Assembly: GCA_951406725.2 (NCBI GenBank) | Contig: OX597824.1 | Span: 45,942,001 to 46,006,000, forward strand | Origin: Octopus vulgaris | Lineage: Eukaryota | DNA: 64,000 bases | Direction: 5' to 3' | Part shown: piece after piece, positions 1 through 12,620 of the stretch | Layout of the letters: the number at the start of each line of letters is the position of its first letter | Position numbering within the stretch: position 1 is the first letter of the stretch | Position numbers and translations under genes: made by a program | Notes under the pieces: generated by a model | Told to the model about the DNA's origin: nothing | The model's input: only the letters and a program-made list of their open reading frames with translations | The model's database searches: none

Positions 1-199
1 TTCTTAGTAAAGTCCTGGATTGACTAAAGTCCTGTGAATGGGTTTGGTAAATAGAAACTGAAAGAAACCTAGTATATCTGTGTATACACACTCACATACA
101 CACACACGTGTGTGTGTGTACCCTTGTTTTGGCATCATGTGATGAGCATCACCATCATGCAAATAATTTTATTTGTTTCCTGTCTTCTGTGGTGAAATA

Positions 200-415
200 G
201 TGGTTTCAAATTTTGGCACAAAGCTAGCAATATTGAGGGAGGGTTAAGTCTATTACATTGACCTTAGTGCTCAAATAGCACCTATTTTATAAACCCCAAA
301 ATGATGAAAGGCAAAATCGACCTTGGTGGAATTTGAACTCAGAATGTAAAGATGCATGAAATGCCACTAAGCAGTTTGCCTGGTATGCTAATAATTGTGT
401 CAGGTTACTGCCTTC
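200..415 (-). mobile_element. SINE family B (tRNA-derived), decayed
   Basis: Contains gaaaggcaaaatcgaccttggtggaatttgaactc; the reverse complement gives a B-box-like gagttcaaattcc. The same motif recurs at ~2530-2640, 3812-4030 and 59673-59888. Confidence 0.7.
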
Positions 416-1609
416 TTACCATGATTTTTATGTCTCAATAGGATAATTTGCTACTTAAGTTTTAATTTTTGAACTAATAACCTCCTCTATTAAGAAAAGG
501 TATTGTTTGATATTTACATCTACACATCATTTCGATGGGTTTGATCTCTAATCCTTATTAGGTGTCCTAATCTAGATGGGATTTAAATGGGAGAATTGTA
601 CTTCTAAACTAGGATTTATAACACTCTTAACTCTTAAGCTACTGATGGATGTTCAAGTACATAATATTTTAATTAGACTCAGTTTAGAAATTAAGTTTCC
701 TAATTCAAATCTAGTTTGAAGCTTTGAACTAACTTAATGACAATCAAAGGTTAACCAATTGAAATATTGTTTAGCTGTAAATATTTAACACATTTTGTTT
801 CTAAAAATAGAGATTAATAGTCTAAAAATATTTTTAAATGCATTGTAGTTCTATTGAATGTTGGAGACAAATTGTAAACAAAAGCATTGTTGTGAAAGAA
901 ATATACTTTAAAGTTCAGTGGTTGGTCTATTTTATTGCTGATTGATGGTAGTGTGGAGACTAACTAAATCTCAACTGTTTCCAGAAGCAAATGCCTAGCC
1001 CCAAGTACATTTACAGCCTCTCCACTCATGTAGATGCTATGAAGTAATGATAATATATATCAATATATCTGCAGCATCCTTGGAACCTGAGGGAATGCCA
1101 GATATTGGTTAAGTATGACCATACAAATCTACCTTTGGGTCAGTCTTCCTTGAATGTTCTTTAGGGGTTTACTCCCTTAGCCTTTCCTTAAACGCTCTAT
1201 AAATTGCCTCACAAAGCAGCAGAGATTTATTATTATAGTGAGTGTGGTTTGTGCAGAGCCAGTCCTACTCTCTCGTTTTTCAAACATCTGCTATTTCAAA
1301 CATATGCCACGAACCCAGAAGTTATCAGAATGCAGGATTTGTATGGAAATACTTTCTTTTAGATAAGCAGCTCAAGAGGTGAAGGGCATCATCTTCCCGA
1401 GGTGTGTTGTTGTTTTGGAGACAATTCTATAACATGCTAATTAACTCAAAGCTGGGGCCCTGATAAGTGCTATTACTCAGGAAACAAAAGTGGTTAACAG
1501 GTGGTTCCACACAATGCAAAACCCTGGAGCTCTTGAACCAGGGTGCCACCACTAGATGTTGTTTAAAGCCATACCCAGGACATATTAAAGTTGAGTACCC
1601 TTAAATATT

Positions 1610-1768
1610 TCCAAGGTAAATGATTTTTGTATGTCTAAGAATTAACTGGAAAAACAACAAAACATTTTCTTGAGTGGTTTGAAGATTACTTCATGTGTGA
1701 AACTAGAGAACACTGCAACTCTGCTGGCCTTGATCCAAAGTATAAAATATTTTTGATATTAGATAATC
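1610..1768 (+). pseudogene. pogo/Tigger-like transposase fragment (DDE_1 region), copy 1
   Basis: Translates to IFLEWFEDYFMCETREHCNSAGLDPKYKIFLILDN, resembling the pogo F.xWF...LLILDN motif; duplicated at ~3243-3357. Confidence 0.55.
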
Positions 1769-2039
1769 AAGGATAAATTTCAAGAACACAAGAACCTTTT
1801 GAGTCATATCTGCACTGAGAAAAATGATGAATCTTTAGATTTTACAAATTCATAAATATACGACTTAAAATTACTGCTTTTGTATTATATTAAATAACTG
1901 TTTTTTCATATGGTTATGTAGCAACCTCATTAGCAACTTCAAGTTTGAATGCATTTCACAATGAATGTGAAATTTCTGCTGGGCAAAGGGTTCTTCATGC
2001 CTGTTTTGTATGCTGAAAATATTTATGGATATTCAATAC

Positions 2040-2300
2040 TTTACTTTTCATTGACCTTGTCAAAAAACCGCAGAGGTTTAAGAGGTGTAGATATGGATGC
2101 ATTAAAAAACATTTAGACAAGTTTTCAAAGGAGATACCGGATAAACAAACAGAAATGCAGTTAAGGTCAGTTTTGTCCAGCTCAATGATTTACCAGAAAA
2201 GAGGGAGATGGGAGTGAAATTAATTAAAATATCACACCAATGGCAACGCCCCATCATGGCGACAGCCTGTTGTTGAAACAAATGAAATTAAAGAAGGAAT
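2040..2300 (+). mobile_element. Decayed LINE 3'-end fragment
   Basis: Frameshifted translation resembling LRGVDMDALKKHLDKFSKEIPD, a typical RT-ORF C-terminus of CR1/Jockey-group LINEs. Confidence 0.35.
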
Positions 2301-3242
2301 ATATTCAACACTGAAAGTATGTTTCCATACAACAATAGCTGGTTAGTTATTTGTTTTCTGCATTTAACATATCTGCATAAACTTTATTTCACATTGTGAA
2401 ATGTTATGTTTTTAAGACCAGCTTTTGAACTTAACAGTGTATCATATTGTTTGCATACAGTGACTCAAGGCCACAGATCTAATGTGAAATGATATACACA
2501 CAGCAATGAAATCACGGAGTCATTAGAGTGTTGGACAGTTATATCGATCTCAGTATTCAACTGATGCTTATTTTATTGACTCCAAAAGGGTGAAAGGCAA
2601 AGTTAACCTCAGTGGAATTTGAACCCAGAATGTGAAGATAGTGGTATTTGTTTGAACTCTCTGTGCCCTGAGTTCAAATCTTGCCAAGATCAAATTCACC
2701 TTTCATCCTTTTAGGGTTGATAAAAAGTACCAATCCAAGTTGGTGAATTTGTGGTATTTTTTCTGGCTCTTTGCATTGTGAGTTGAAATCCATCCATTAC
2801 CTAATTAGTTGGTAGACTTAACCTATTGTTCTCACTACCCAACATTGTACATGGTTTTAGCAGAGTGCACTCTGTTGCAAGCATTTCAGATCTGGTTTGA
2901 AGTTACATACCTTTCTCCCACCAATCTCAGAGAGAGTCCTTGTAACAAGTTATGAGCATTGCCTTCCCTCTAAAATATATAGACAATTTAATAAAGTAGA
3001 GTCTCTCACTGGTTTGGACTTCACAAAACTGGCACTCCACAGTCTGACATTTCCTGTGGTTTTGCTTATTTTGAATCTGTTACCATTAGTTTGTTGATAT
3101 GCTATGAAGGTGAAACTGTTAGCAGTGATAAGCTGTTAAGCTTCGTTTACCCTAGCCAAGTGTTTTGCTGATGTTTCTGATATTTAGCTGGGTTACAGCC
3201 CTTCAGAATGTCATCCAAGGGACTAATAAAAAAAAATTCTTA

Positions 3243-3490
3243 AACAATAAAATATTTTCTTGAATGGTTTGAAAATTACTTCATGTGTGAAACTAGAGAA
3301 CACTGCAACTCTGCTGGCCTTGATCCAAAGTATAAAATATTTTTGATATTAGATAATTGTTTGGCACACCTCAAAGTAGATCTCTTTGATAAAAGACAAT
3401 GTTTTTGGAATATAACTCCTTACTCTCTACACCTCTGTGATTCAGCTCTATAACCAGGCCATACTTTGTTCATTGAAATCTAAATACTCT
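3243..3490 (+). pseudogene. pogo/Tigger-like transposase fragment, copy 2 with continuation
   Basis: IFLEWFENYF...LILDNCLAHL, then TSVIQLYNQAILCSLKSKY, matching the pogo LDNCSAH and TSLIQPMDQGII motifs. Confidence 0.6.
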
Positions 3491-3811
3491 GTTTACATAA
3501 TATTTAGATTCCAATGACTCCTTAGGGACCAATTTATGCTAACTGGCATTTTTCCATCATCTGGTAATGGCCATATTCCAAGGTTGTCTGATTTAAGAGA
3601 TTTAACCTGTACTCATTTATTGATACATAGAGATGAACAACAAAGAGGACACTGATGGGATTTGAACTAATAAAACTGAAGAACAAAAGTTAAGATAATT
3701 AAAATCATTAATCAGTTGTTCTGCTATTTCTGTTATTCTGGTAAGCTATATAATATTAAGACTAGGTCCATTTTGATCAGGGGTACGTAGAAATATGAAA
3801 TCCATCTAGTA

Positions 3812-4030
3812 ATGATGATTTCAAATTTTAGCACAAGGCCAGAAATTTCAGTACGAGGGGTTAAGTCAGTTATATAGATCTCAGTGTTCAACTGATGCTT
3901 ATTTTATTGGCTCCAAAAGGGCGAAGGCAAAGTTAACCTCAGTGGAGTTTGAACCCAGAATGTGAAGATAGCTGAAATGCCACCAAGCATTTTGCTCGGT
4001 GTGTTAACAATTCTGCCAGCTCATCACTTT
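3812..4030 (-). mobile_element. SINE family B
   Basis: Homologous to 200-415 and 59673-59888. Confidence 0.7.
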
Positions 4031-4340
4031 AACCCTTTTTGTAATAAAGATTTTGTTTTGTTGGCATAAGGAAAATGTTTGCATTCAGTGATGTACAATC
4101 AGCACAAGCACATATAAACAGGATGCTCATATCTCTCAAGTAACACTTCTAGAACTCCTGGTGTCTGTTCCCCCACAGCAAGTGAATATGGAAGTTTGTG
4201 TCATAAAATTTTGAATTAAAAATATACAGTTCCAGTCTGAAGAGAGTTGGAAATTATATATCAGAACTTTTGCCATTTTATTCTCCTGCTCAGTTATTCT
4301 TTACATGCCCTTTTGAATGCAAGAATTATTCTGAATTGAT

Positions 4341-4710
4341 ATGGCTGTGTGGAAAAGAGCTTGCCTTCCAACCACATGGTTCTAGATTTGGCCCACTGTG
4401 TAGCACCTTAAGCAAGTGTCTACTACTATAGCCTCAGGTCAACCAAAGCCTTGTAAATGGATTTGGTAAATGGGAACTGAAAATAAGCCCATTGTATATA
4501 TACATATGTGTGTGCGTGTGTGTGTATCTTTGTTTCTGTGTTTGTTCCCCACCACCCCTTGATAACCAGTGTTGGTTAGTTTATATCCCCATAACTTAAT
4601 GGTTTGGCAAAATATACTGATAGAATAAGTGCCAGGCTTAAAGAAAACTCTTCAAAGTGTTGCAGCAGCATGGTCACAGTCCAATGACTGAAACAAGTAA
4701 AAGATAAATG
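4341..4710 (+). mobile_element. tRNA-derived SINE family A, near full length
   Basis: A-box-like tggctgtgtgg head, ccttaagcaagtg core, internal (TA/TG)n and tail aatgactgaaacaagtaaaagataa; many copies in the window. Confidence 0.8.
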
Positions 4711-5467
4711 ATGAATACTGTTTGACAATATATTTAAATAAAAGGAGCCTCCTGATTCTACTAGAAGTAGCAGCTATGTCTCCCTCATATCACATCTTGT
4801 CCTCATAAAAGAAACAAGGCACACTGGATAATGTAGTCTGGTGGGACACTGTGCCTAGAAAAGTAAAAATGATGAGATAGCTGTAGTTGAAATACCTTTG
4901 ATCACAGGTTTGCTCAATATGTTTTTGGCTTTCATTGCAGACTTTCTTTACTTGATTAATTGTCACTTTCTTTTCCTTTTTTCTACTCTTTTGCAATGAG
5001 TTGTAGGGTTTCTGAGCATTATCATTATTATCATCATCACTGCTGCCATTACTAGCACCATCACAGTTGTGGGAGGAAAAAAAGCTACTACAAAGACTCA
5101 CATTTGAAAAGGCATGAATATCACATCTTATTTTCCTCTGCTCTTACAGAATTACTCAAGCTTTTAAGGCATATAAGAAGCGAGTGACACTGGCCATTCT
5201 CCGTGGCAATACCATCACTGTCATTACTGTATGATGCAGCTGAGCACACATTTCATTCTGGGGTATGTGGTCCATCATCCACCGTCCATCTTCCACTGCT
5301 TTACTCCCTCCACATTTTTATCTTTTTCTTTCTTTCCATTTCTTATCTCTCTTCTTTCCACTTTCTTTGTATTTAAATGTTCTAATAAGATTCATGTTAT
5401 CTCGATATTTGACAAGTATTCTTAAAAGAACTTACTAATATGAAGATTCATATGAAGATTCATATGA

Positions 5468-5620
5468 AGTTGGCTGTGTAGTAAGACATTTGCTTCCTAA
5501 CCAAATGATTCCAGGTTCAGTCCCACTGTATGGCACCTTGGGCAAGTGTCTTCTACTATAGCTTTGGGCTGACCAAAGCCTTGTGAGTGGATTTGGTAGA
5601 TGGAAACTGAAAGTCTGTCT
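5468..5620 (+). mobile_element. SINE family A, 5' half
   Basis: tggctgtgtag head, B-box ggttcagtccc and ccttgggcaagtg core. Confidence 0.75.
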
Positions 5621-5657
5621 TATGTATATATACATACATAATATATATAATACGATA

Positions 5658-5708
<51 letters not shown>

Positions 5709-5727
5709 GTAAAAAGTGACTTTCTCA

Positions 5728-5769
<42 letters not shown>

Positions 5770-5871
5770 TGTATATATAATTATTAATTTAACATATAAA
5801 TTGCTTATTCCATGCTGACTACCTGATAATAATCATTAACATGATTTTTATCCTTATTTCATGTATATATA

Positions 5872-6131
5872 TTAGGAAGTTAAAAGTTATGGTCAGTCAT
5901 AGCACTTAGAAGTATAAGTGATTCATCAGACGCAAATGGCTGAAGGCGTATAACTTCTCAAGAACTGAAAGGGTTATGTGCCTTCAGCCATCTGAGTCTG
6001 TTGAGTCACCTATACTGCTAAGCATTTTATAGGTGCAAGACTAACAGTTACTTTATGACCAATCATAACTTTTAACTTCCTAAAAAATACATCACTGCTC
6101 TAATGCTTTAGAGTGTGCTTCTTTTTCAGAT
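5872..6131. repeat. Long imperfect fold-back (~210 bp) followed by a conserved tail motif
   Basis: Arms ttaggaagttaaaagttatg...ggctgaaggc and gccttcagcc...cataacttttaacttcctaa; tail acatcactgctctaatgctttagagtgtgcttctttttcagat. Confidence 0.8.
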
Positions 6132-7401
6132 ATGTGAACAACTGACGATATATAAGTATGTGTATGTGTGTGTGTGCGTGGTGGTGGGGGTGGGGGTGGT
6201 TAGCTTTGTGCTTGTGTTTGTCGCCCAGTATCACTTGACAACCAGTGTTGGTGTTTTTATGTCCCTGTAACTTAGCGGTTCGACAAAAGAGACCGATAAA
6301 ATAAACGCCAGGCTTAATAACGATTCATTTGACTAAGAACTTGTCAAGGTGGTGCCCCAGCATGGCTGCTGTCTAATGACTGAAACAAGTAAAAGATGAA
6401 AGGCAAAAGAAATATAAATATATATAAATAAATAAAGAGAAGAGACAAGCTTTTAAATACAACCAATTTTGTTGGCTGAATTAAGTCTCAGGGAAGCAAA
6501 AGGACAGAAAATCACTACATCATTGCTCATTATTGACTTTTAGCATTGAAACTGTCTTTTCACATCCTCTCTCATGAGTAAGTTGAACAGGAAACAAGAT
6601 ATGACTAAACTTTATATAATGATTAAGATCAGTGTGAATGTGTGTGTGTGTGTTTGCGTGTGTGTGCATGTGTGTGAGTGTGTTTGTGTGTGCACATGCA
6701 AGTGTATGTGTGCGTCTGATTATGCAGGGAGAGAGAGAGAGAGAGAGAGAGGAGAATGAGAGAGAGTGATACAGAGAGAGAGAAGGAGGAAGAAATATTT
6801 ATTCATATTGAGGTGATAATGACAATCTTCCTTTTGAGAATTATCAAGGGAAGTAACTGGTCTTCTGCTGAATTCGACCTTTTCCGAATCAGTTTAAATC
6901 TACTTGAAAGATTTCACAAGTAATTGTTGTTATAGTTGCTGCTGTTACTACAGTAGTAATGGTGGTAGCGTTGTTGTTTTTGTTGTTATTACTTTTTTGA
7001 CTTCATTTACATTGTTGTTAAATAGCATTATTTTGTTCTGCTTCAGTGAAACCATAACTAAAGCTCTTCTGAATAAGGATATCATCTGCAGAATAAAGAA
7101 ATTTATTCAGCTTTAGCAAATGAATCAACCAATAGCAAATATAAAGAAAGGCTTTAAACCCCTCAAAATATGGATACCAATAAATATTCATTCCAATATA
7201 TATATATGAGGAGGTACCCAAAAATAACTGGAAACATTCTCTGTGGAACAAGCCTGTTGTAGTTCAGGCTTCTGCTACTAGAAGCCACTTTATGCGACCC
7301 TCAGGTATCAGTCTGCCAACTAGTGGTATCCTGCAAAGTCGTACTGCCACATGCTGCATCTTTGTTTTGCAATGCTTCTCCCCTGTTCATTGATTTTTGC
7401 G

Positions 7402-7533
7402 ATGGTTGAAACGAAGGAATTGTGTGCTTCCATGAAATTCTGTTTCCTGTTGAGGAAAACCGTGGCCAAAACAGTTGTCATGCTTCAAACAACTTACAAG
7501 GATGCTGCCATGAGCAAAACACAAGTTTACAAG
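7402..7533 (+). pseudogene. mariner transposase N-terminal (HTH) fragment
   Basis: MVETKELCASMKFCFLLRKTVAKTVVMLQTTYKDAAMSKTQVYK resembles the mariner IKFCF..GKT..E...ML..AYG..AMSKTQVY.W motif. Confidence 0.7.
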
Positions 7534-8139
7534 CGACATTCAGTCAACATCTTGGTATTTGGGGTGATTACTAGTGATGGTAGTGTTAAGTCTCCATTCA
7601 CCTTCCCACACAACCTCAGACTCAACACAGAAGCCTACATAAAGTGCCTGGAGGAGGTAGTGCTGCCCTGGGCCAAGAGGGTTGCTGCTGGAAGACCCTA
7701 TGTCTAGTAACAGGACTCTGCACCATGCCACAAAAGCAGGAGAACTCAGTCATGGCTGTCAGACAATTTTTGTGACTACATCACACCTAATATTTGGCCA
7801 CCTAACTCCCCAGACTGCAACTCCCTTGATTATTATGTATGGGATGCAGTTGAGTGAGAGATCAACAAAACTCCTCGTAACACCAAAGATGAATGGAAGG
7901 CAAGGATTATGGCGGCATTCCCAACATAAGCAAGGAGACCATCTAGAAGAGTTGCAGGAGATTCTGAAGTCGTCTGGAGGCTGTGGTTGAAGTCAATGGC
8001 AATTTTATTGAATATATTTACTCTTTAGTATTTCCAGATATTTTTATGTAATTTTGGTAAATATATCTGTTAAAATGAGATGTCAGTATTATTTTCATTT
8101 TTGTGTTAACTTAGACAACAGTTTATTCACCACACCCTG
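7534..8139 (+). mobile_element. maT/DD37D transposon 3' portion with right TIR
   Basis: QDSAPCH...WPPNSPDCNSLD with 37 residues between the catalytic aspartates; in-frame stops; ends caccctg followed by TA. Confidence 0.8.
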
Positions 8140-9065
8140 TATATGTGTGTGTGTGTGTGCATTTGTATCTATATCTATGTGTGTTTGTTCCCCAATACTA
8201 CTTAACAACCAGTGTTGGTGTGTTTATGTTCCCACAACTTAGCAGTTTGGCAAAAGAGACAGATAAAATAAATACCAGGTTTAACAAAATATAAGTACTG
8301 GTGTTGATTCTTTTGACTAAATTTTCTTCAAAGCTGTGCCCCAGCATGACCACAGTCTAATGACTGAAACAAGTAAAAGATCAAAGATCAAAGATATATA
8401 TGTATACACACACACACACACACACATGCACACACACAGGTGTAGCTGTGTTAAGAAGTTGAGAAGCTTGCTTCCTAACTACATGATTTCAGGTTCCGTC
8501 CCATTGCATGGCATTTTTGGGCAAGTAGCTGCTACTATAGCCCTGGGCTGGCTAAAGCTTAATGAGTGACTGTGGTAGAAAGAAATTGAAAGAAGTCTGT
8601 CTGGTGTATGTGTGTGTGTGTGCGTGTGTGTGTGTGTGTGTGTGTGCATGTGTGTGTGTAAGTATATATCATAATCATCCTCATCATCATTGTCATCGTC
8701 GTTGTTGTCATTGTCATCACCATCATCATCATCATCCCCATTTTCATCATCATCATTTTCACATCTACTTCTGCATGCTTGCATATGTTGTATGGAATTT
8801 GTTGAGGTGGATTTTCTAAGGCTGGGTACCCTTCCTGATGTTCCCCATCACCCTACATTTTCTTGCAGAATATTGGAAATGGATGGTGCTGCTTATATGA
8901 CAGTGACAGTCATTTACAGCTATCATGTGGTGTCAAGATAAAGACATACACACACACAATAGGCTTCTTGCAGTTTCCATCAACCAGTTTCCATCTGACC
9001 CATGCAAGTATGGAAAAAATGGACATGAAATAATAATGATGATGATTTTATACATACATATATAT

Positions 9066-9248
9066 ATCTGTAAATGTAATATGTAACAATTATTCAGTAG
9101 CCATGATAAAACTCCGAGTTTCGGATGGTGAGGTGGAAATCCATGCCGCCATCTCTTCAGTTATCCGGCCATTGGAAAAATGCTATCCTCCGAAACTCGG
9201 AGTTTTATCATGGCTACCGAATAATTGTCACATATTACATTTACAGAT
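9066..9248. repeat. Fold-back inverted repeat (Penelope-like pLTR remnant)
   Basis: ~60-bp near-perfect arms atctgtaaatgtaatatg...actccgagtttcgga and ccgaaactcggag...catattacatttacagat. Confidence 0.8.
9105..9165 (-). ncRNA. Minimal type I hammerhead ribozyme, near intact
   Basis: Minus strand reads gataa-CTGAAGA-gatgg...ccatcc-GAAA-ctcggag-TT-ttatc: stem I gataa/ttatc, stem II gatgg/ccatc with one extra C, quasi-palindromic stem III and GUU cleavage triplet. Confidence 0.65.
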
Positions 9249-9310
9249 AAATTCCTCTATTTACATAAGATCAAAGTCTCTTTCTTTCTTTTGTTGTCTT
9301 ACCATTTTTA

Positions 9311-9348
<38 letters not shown>

Positions 9349-9349
<1 letters not shown>

Positions 9350-9671
9350 TACAAATAAGAAAATGGAGGAACAGATTCCTTTCAATCATCAATTTACAGA
9401 TAATACCAATTCATATAATTTATTAACTAATTAAATAGGAACATCCAAATCCAACAGAATAAAACAATATACATCAATAAGTAAGATAATACCATAATAA
9501 TAATACATATAAAATGGATCTTACAGCTGTTTCAGCCTGTAGATAAAGGTATCTCATTGTGCAGGCACAATTTGGATGTTCCTATTTAATTAGTTAATAA
9601 ATTATATGAATTGGTATTATCTCTAAGTTGATGATTGAAAGGAATCTGTTCCTCCATTTTCTTATTTGTAT
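9349..9671. repeat. Fold-back inverted repeat with a half-hammerhead in the loop
   Basis: ~100-bp near-perfect arms; the loop contains cttacagctgtttcagcctg...caggc (reverse complement gcctg..caggctGAAACAGCTGTAag). Confidence 0.8.
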
Positions 9672-9869
9672 TATGAATTTGAGGTAAAACATTTTACCTT
9701 CGCCCATCTAATACAATAAATGAACTAATTGCATTGCAATTGTAAGCATTTATGTATTAGCCTTTTGGGTACTTCACTGGCGGTATATTGGATAACTGAT
9801 ATCCCATAGTGGGTTACACTCATAACCCCTATCTCACTTTGTATATAAAATATATATATATAATGGATT

Positions 9870-11195
9870 CTCCTGTCAGTGTTGATGTAGGAGAATCTGA
9901 CAACCTACTCTTTTTTTGTCTGTCAAAATGCTCATGCTGAATGTGACATTTAAGTCCCACCAACGATTTGCAAAGTAGCCCATAGTTACTGCAAGTATGA
10001 GGATTATAGGTTAGTGCAGGTGGTATACTTGCAGCCACTTTTCTCCTTTGCCTTGTTCTTCTAAGCCTGTTAATGCTAGTTGCAACAAAGTTTCTTATAT
10101 CATTTTGACACAGTGATCTCACTTTTGTTTGCTCAAAGGCTGTTCACTCAAAGGTGTGAGCTATCTTCAATGCTGAGAGGTTACTCTTCAGCTTGTCCTT
10201 ATATCTGAGCCACGGTTGACTAACATTCCTGTGCCCACTATCAAGGTGGCTGTACATGAGGACTTTGGGTATTCTTTCATCATTCATTCTGACAACTTGG
10301 CCAGCCCAGCTCAATTGTGACTATGTAAGGAAGCTCTAAATTCCGCCAATCTGACACCTGCTAAACAGGTCAGCATTAGAAACTGTCTATTAGTGAATAA
10401 CCACAGATTGACCAGAGACAGGCTTTGTGGAAAGTGTCTAGTTGGTTAATGTATCATCTATAGGGTGTCCATGATTCTGAGCCACACAAGAGAGTTGTAA
10501 GAATGGCAACTTTGTAGACCTGTACTTTGGTGTCAAGTTTAATGCTGCTTTCATTCCATAGGCAGTAGCAGAGTTTGCCAAAGATATTGGTTGGCTTTGC
10601 AAGACAGTTGACGATTTCATCAAGGGAAGCATTTGAATTCACTTTACTACTAAGATATGTAAATGACTTCACATAATTTAGGTTTTTCCCCATCAACCTG
10701 TATAGGAGTGTCAGAAAAATTATGAACCAGTGTCTTCTGCTTGACACTTCGAATTTGCTTAGGAGTAGAGCCAGGTTGGTGGAGTACTTCCATCTTCTTC
10801 ATGTTGATGGTCAAACCAAAGGCTTTACATGCAGTAGAAAACTGTTTAAGAAATTCCTGAACTTTCTCTTAGGAGGTTGCTACTAGTGCAACATCATATG
10901 CAAAAAGTAGATCATGAATGATACTGGTGAGGAGGAGTGTTCTGACTTTGAAACACTGATGATTGAATAGTCCACCACTTGTTCAAAACTGGAATTTGAC
11001 ACCATTTTGTATGTCATCAAAAGCATACCTCAGCATCACGTAAAAGAAGAGTACAAACAAAACAGGGGCCATAACAAAACACTGTGCAACAAACAACAGG
11101 GGTCCAAGAACGGATTCTTTTGGTACACCAGTTGTCATCTCAAAAGGAGAAGAATGATGTCTTAGAATTGTGCCTACCTCTTTTCTGTGGCTCAA
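9870..11195 (-). mobile_element. RTE-clade LINE, 5'-truncated and decayed
   Basis: Fragments APVLFVLFFYVML, DLLFAYDVALV, YVKSFTYLSS...KLDTKVQVYKVAILTTLLCGSESWTPYR and C-terminal HTCSNYGLLCKSLVGLKCHIQH. Confidence 0.85.
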
Positions 11196-11549
11196 AAGTG
11201 TATGTATGTATGTATGTATGTATGTATGTATGTATGTATGTATGTATGTATGTATGTGTGCATGCATGTATGTATGTATTGGTGTATGTGTATATGTATG
11301 TGTGCATATATCTATGTGTCTGTGTATGTATGTATATATCAATGTTTATGGATATATGTGTGTATGTATATTTATATGCATAAAAGTGTCTATAATACAT
11401 TCTTTTACACACACATTTCTGTATACATTTATCTCTATATATTTTTCAATCTTCAGTAGCATACAAATAAGCACACTCAACTAATTCTCTTTCCCTGTCT
11501 ATCTCTCTCTCTTTCTAGTCACTAACATACATTCATGCAAGCACACGTG

Positions 11550-11580
<31 letters not shown>

Positions 11581-11625
11581 AGACACTTCAACTTACATAC
11601 ACACATGCACACGCACTCACACACA

Positions 11626-11682
<57 letters not shown>

Positions 11683-11829
11683 GAACACTTGTATATTATA
11701 TGCTTGTTTGTTTGAGTGTTAGAATCTAAAGTTTGGTAATTCAGAAATAATGACATTTTACATCATATCAGAAATTAGATAAAAAAAAAAGAAAAATGAA
11801 TGAAGCAAAAAAACAAAACTATTTATAGT

Positions 11830-11995
11830 GATAATGATGATGATGATGATGATGAAGATGAAGATGATGGCGATGTTGACGAGAATGATGACAATGGCAA
11901 TGGTGGTGGTAGTGGTGGTAATAGTGATGACAACAAAAACAACAGTGATGGTGGTAATGATGATGATGATGATGATGAAGACGATGGTAATGATT
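11830..11995. repeat. Compound (GAT)n/(GGT)n trinucleotide repeat
   Basis: Read directly from the sequence. Confidence 0.9.
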
Positions 11996-12149
11996 GAGAA
12001 GAAAATAATATTAACTGACATTACAAAAACTTAAACAATTGACAGCAGGTTTAGTTGCATAAAATAGACAATAAATTTAATGAAATAACAAAAATGAAAT
12101 GATTAAATGAGATGGAGAAATGCATAGCTAAATGGATGTATGATTAGAG

Positions 12150-12420
<271 letters not shown>

Positions 12421-12620
12421 GATAACTAAATATATTTATATCTGTCTGCATATATATGTATATATATATACATGTATGTATGTATGCATGTATACATGTA
12501 TGTGTGTGTGTATATATGAATATATGTATGTATGTATATATATGTATGTATATATGCTTATATATATATATATTGATAGATAGATAGCTAAATAGATGGA
12601 TATATATATATATATACATA

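Noticed and set aside
11084-11484. YVCM/HTYI-type ORFs here and throughout the track
   Set aside because: They are translations of (TATG)n, (CA)n and (TA)n microsatellites.
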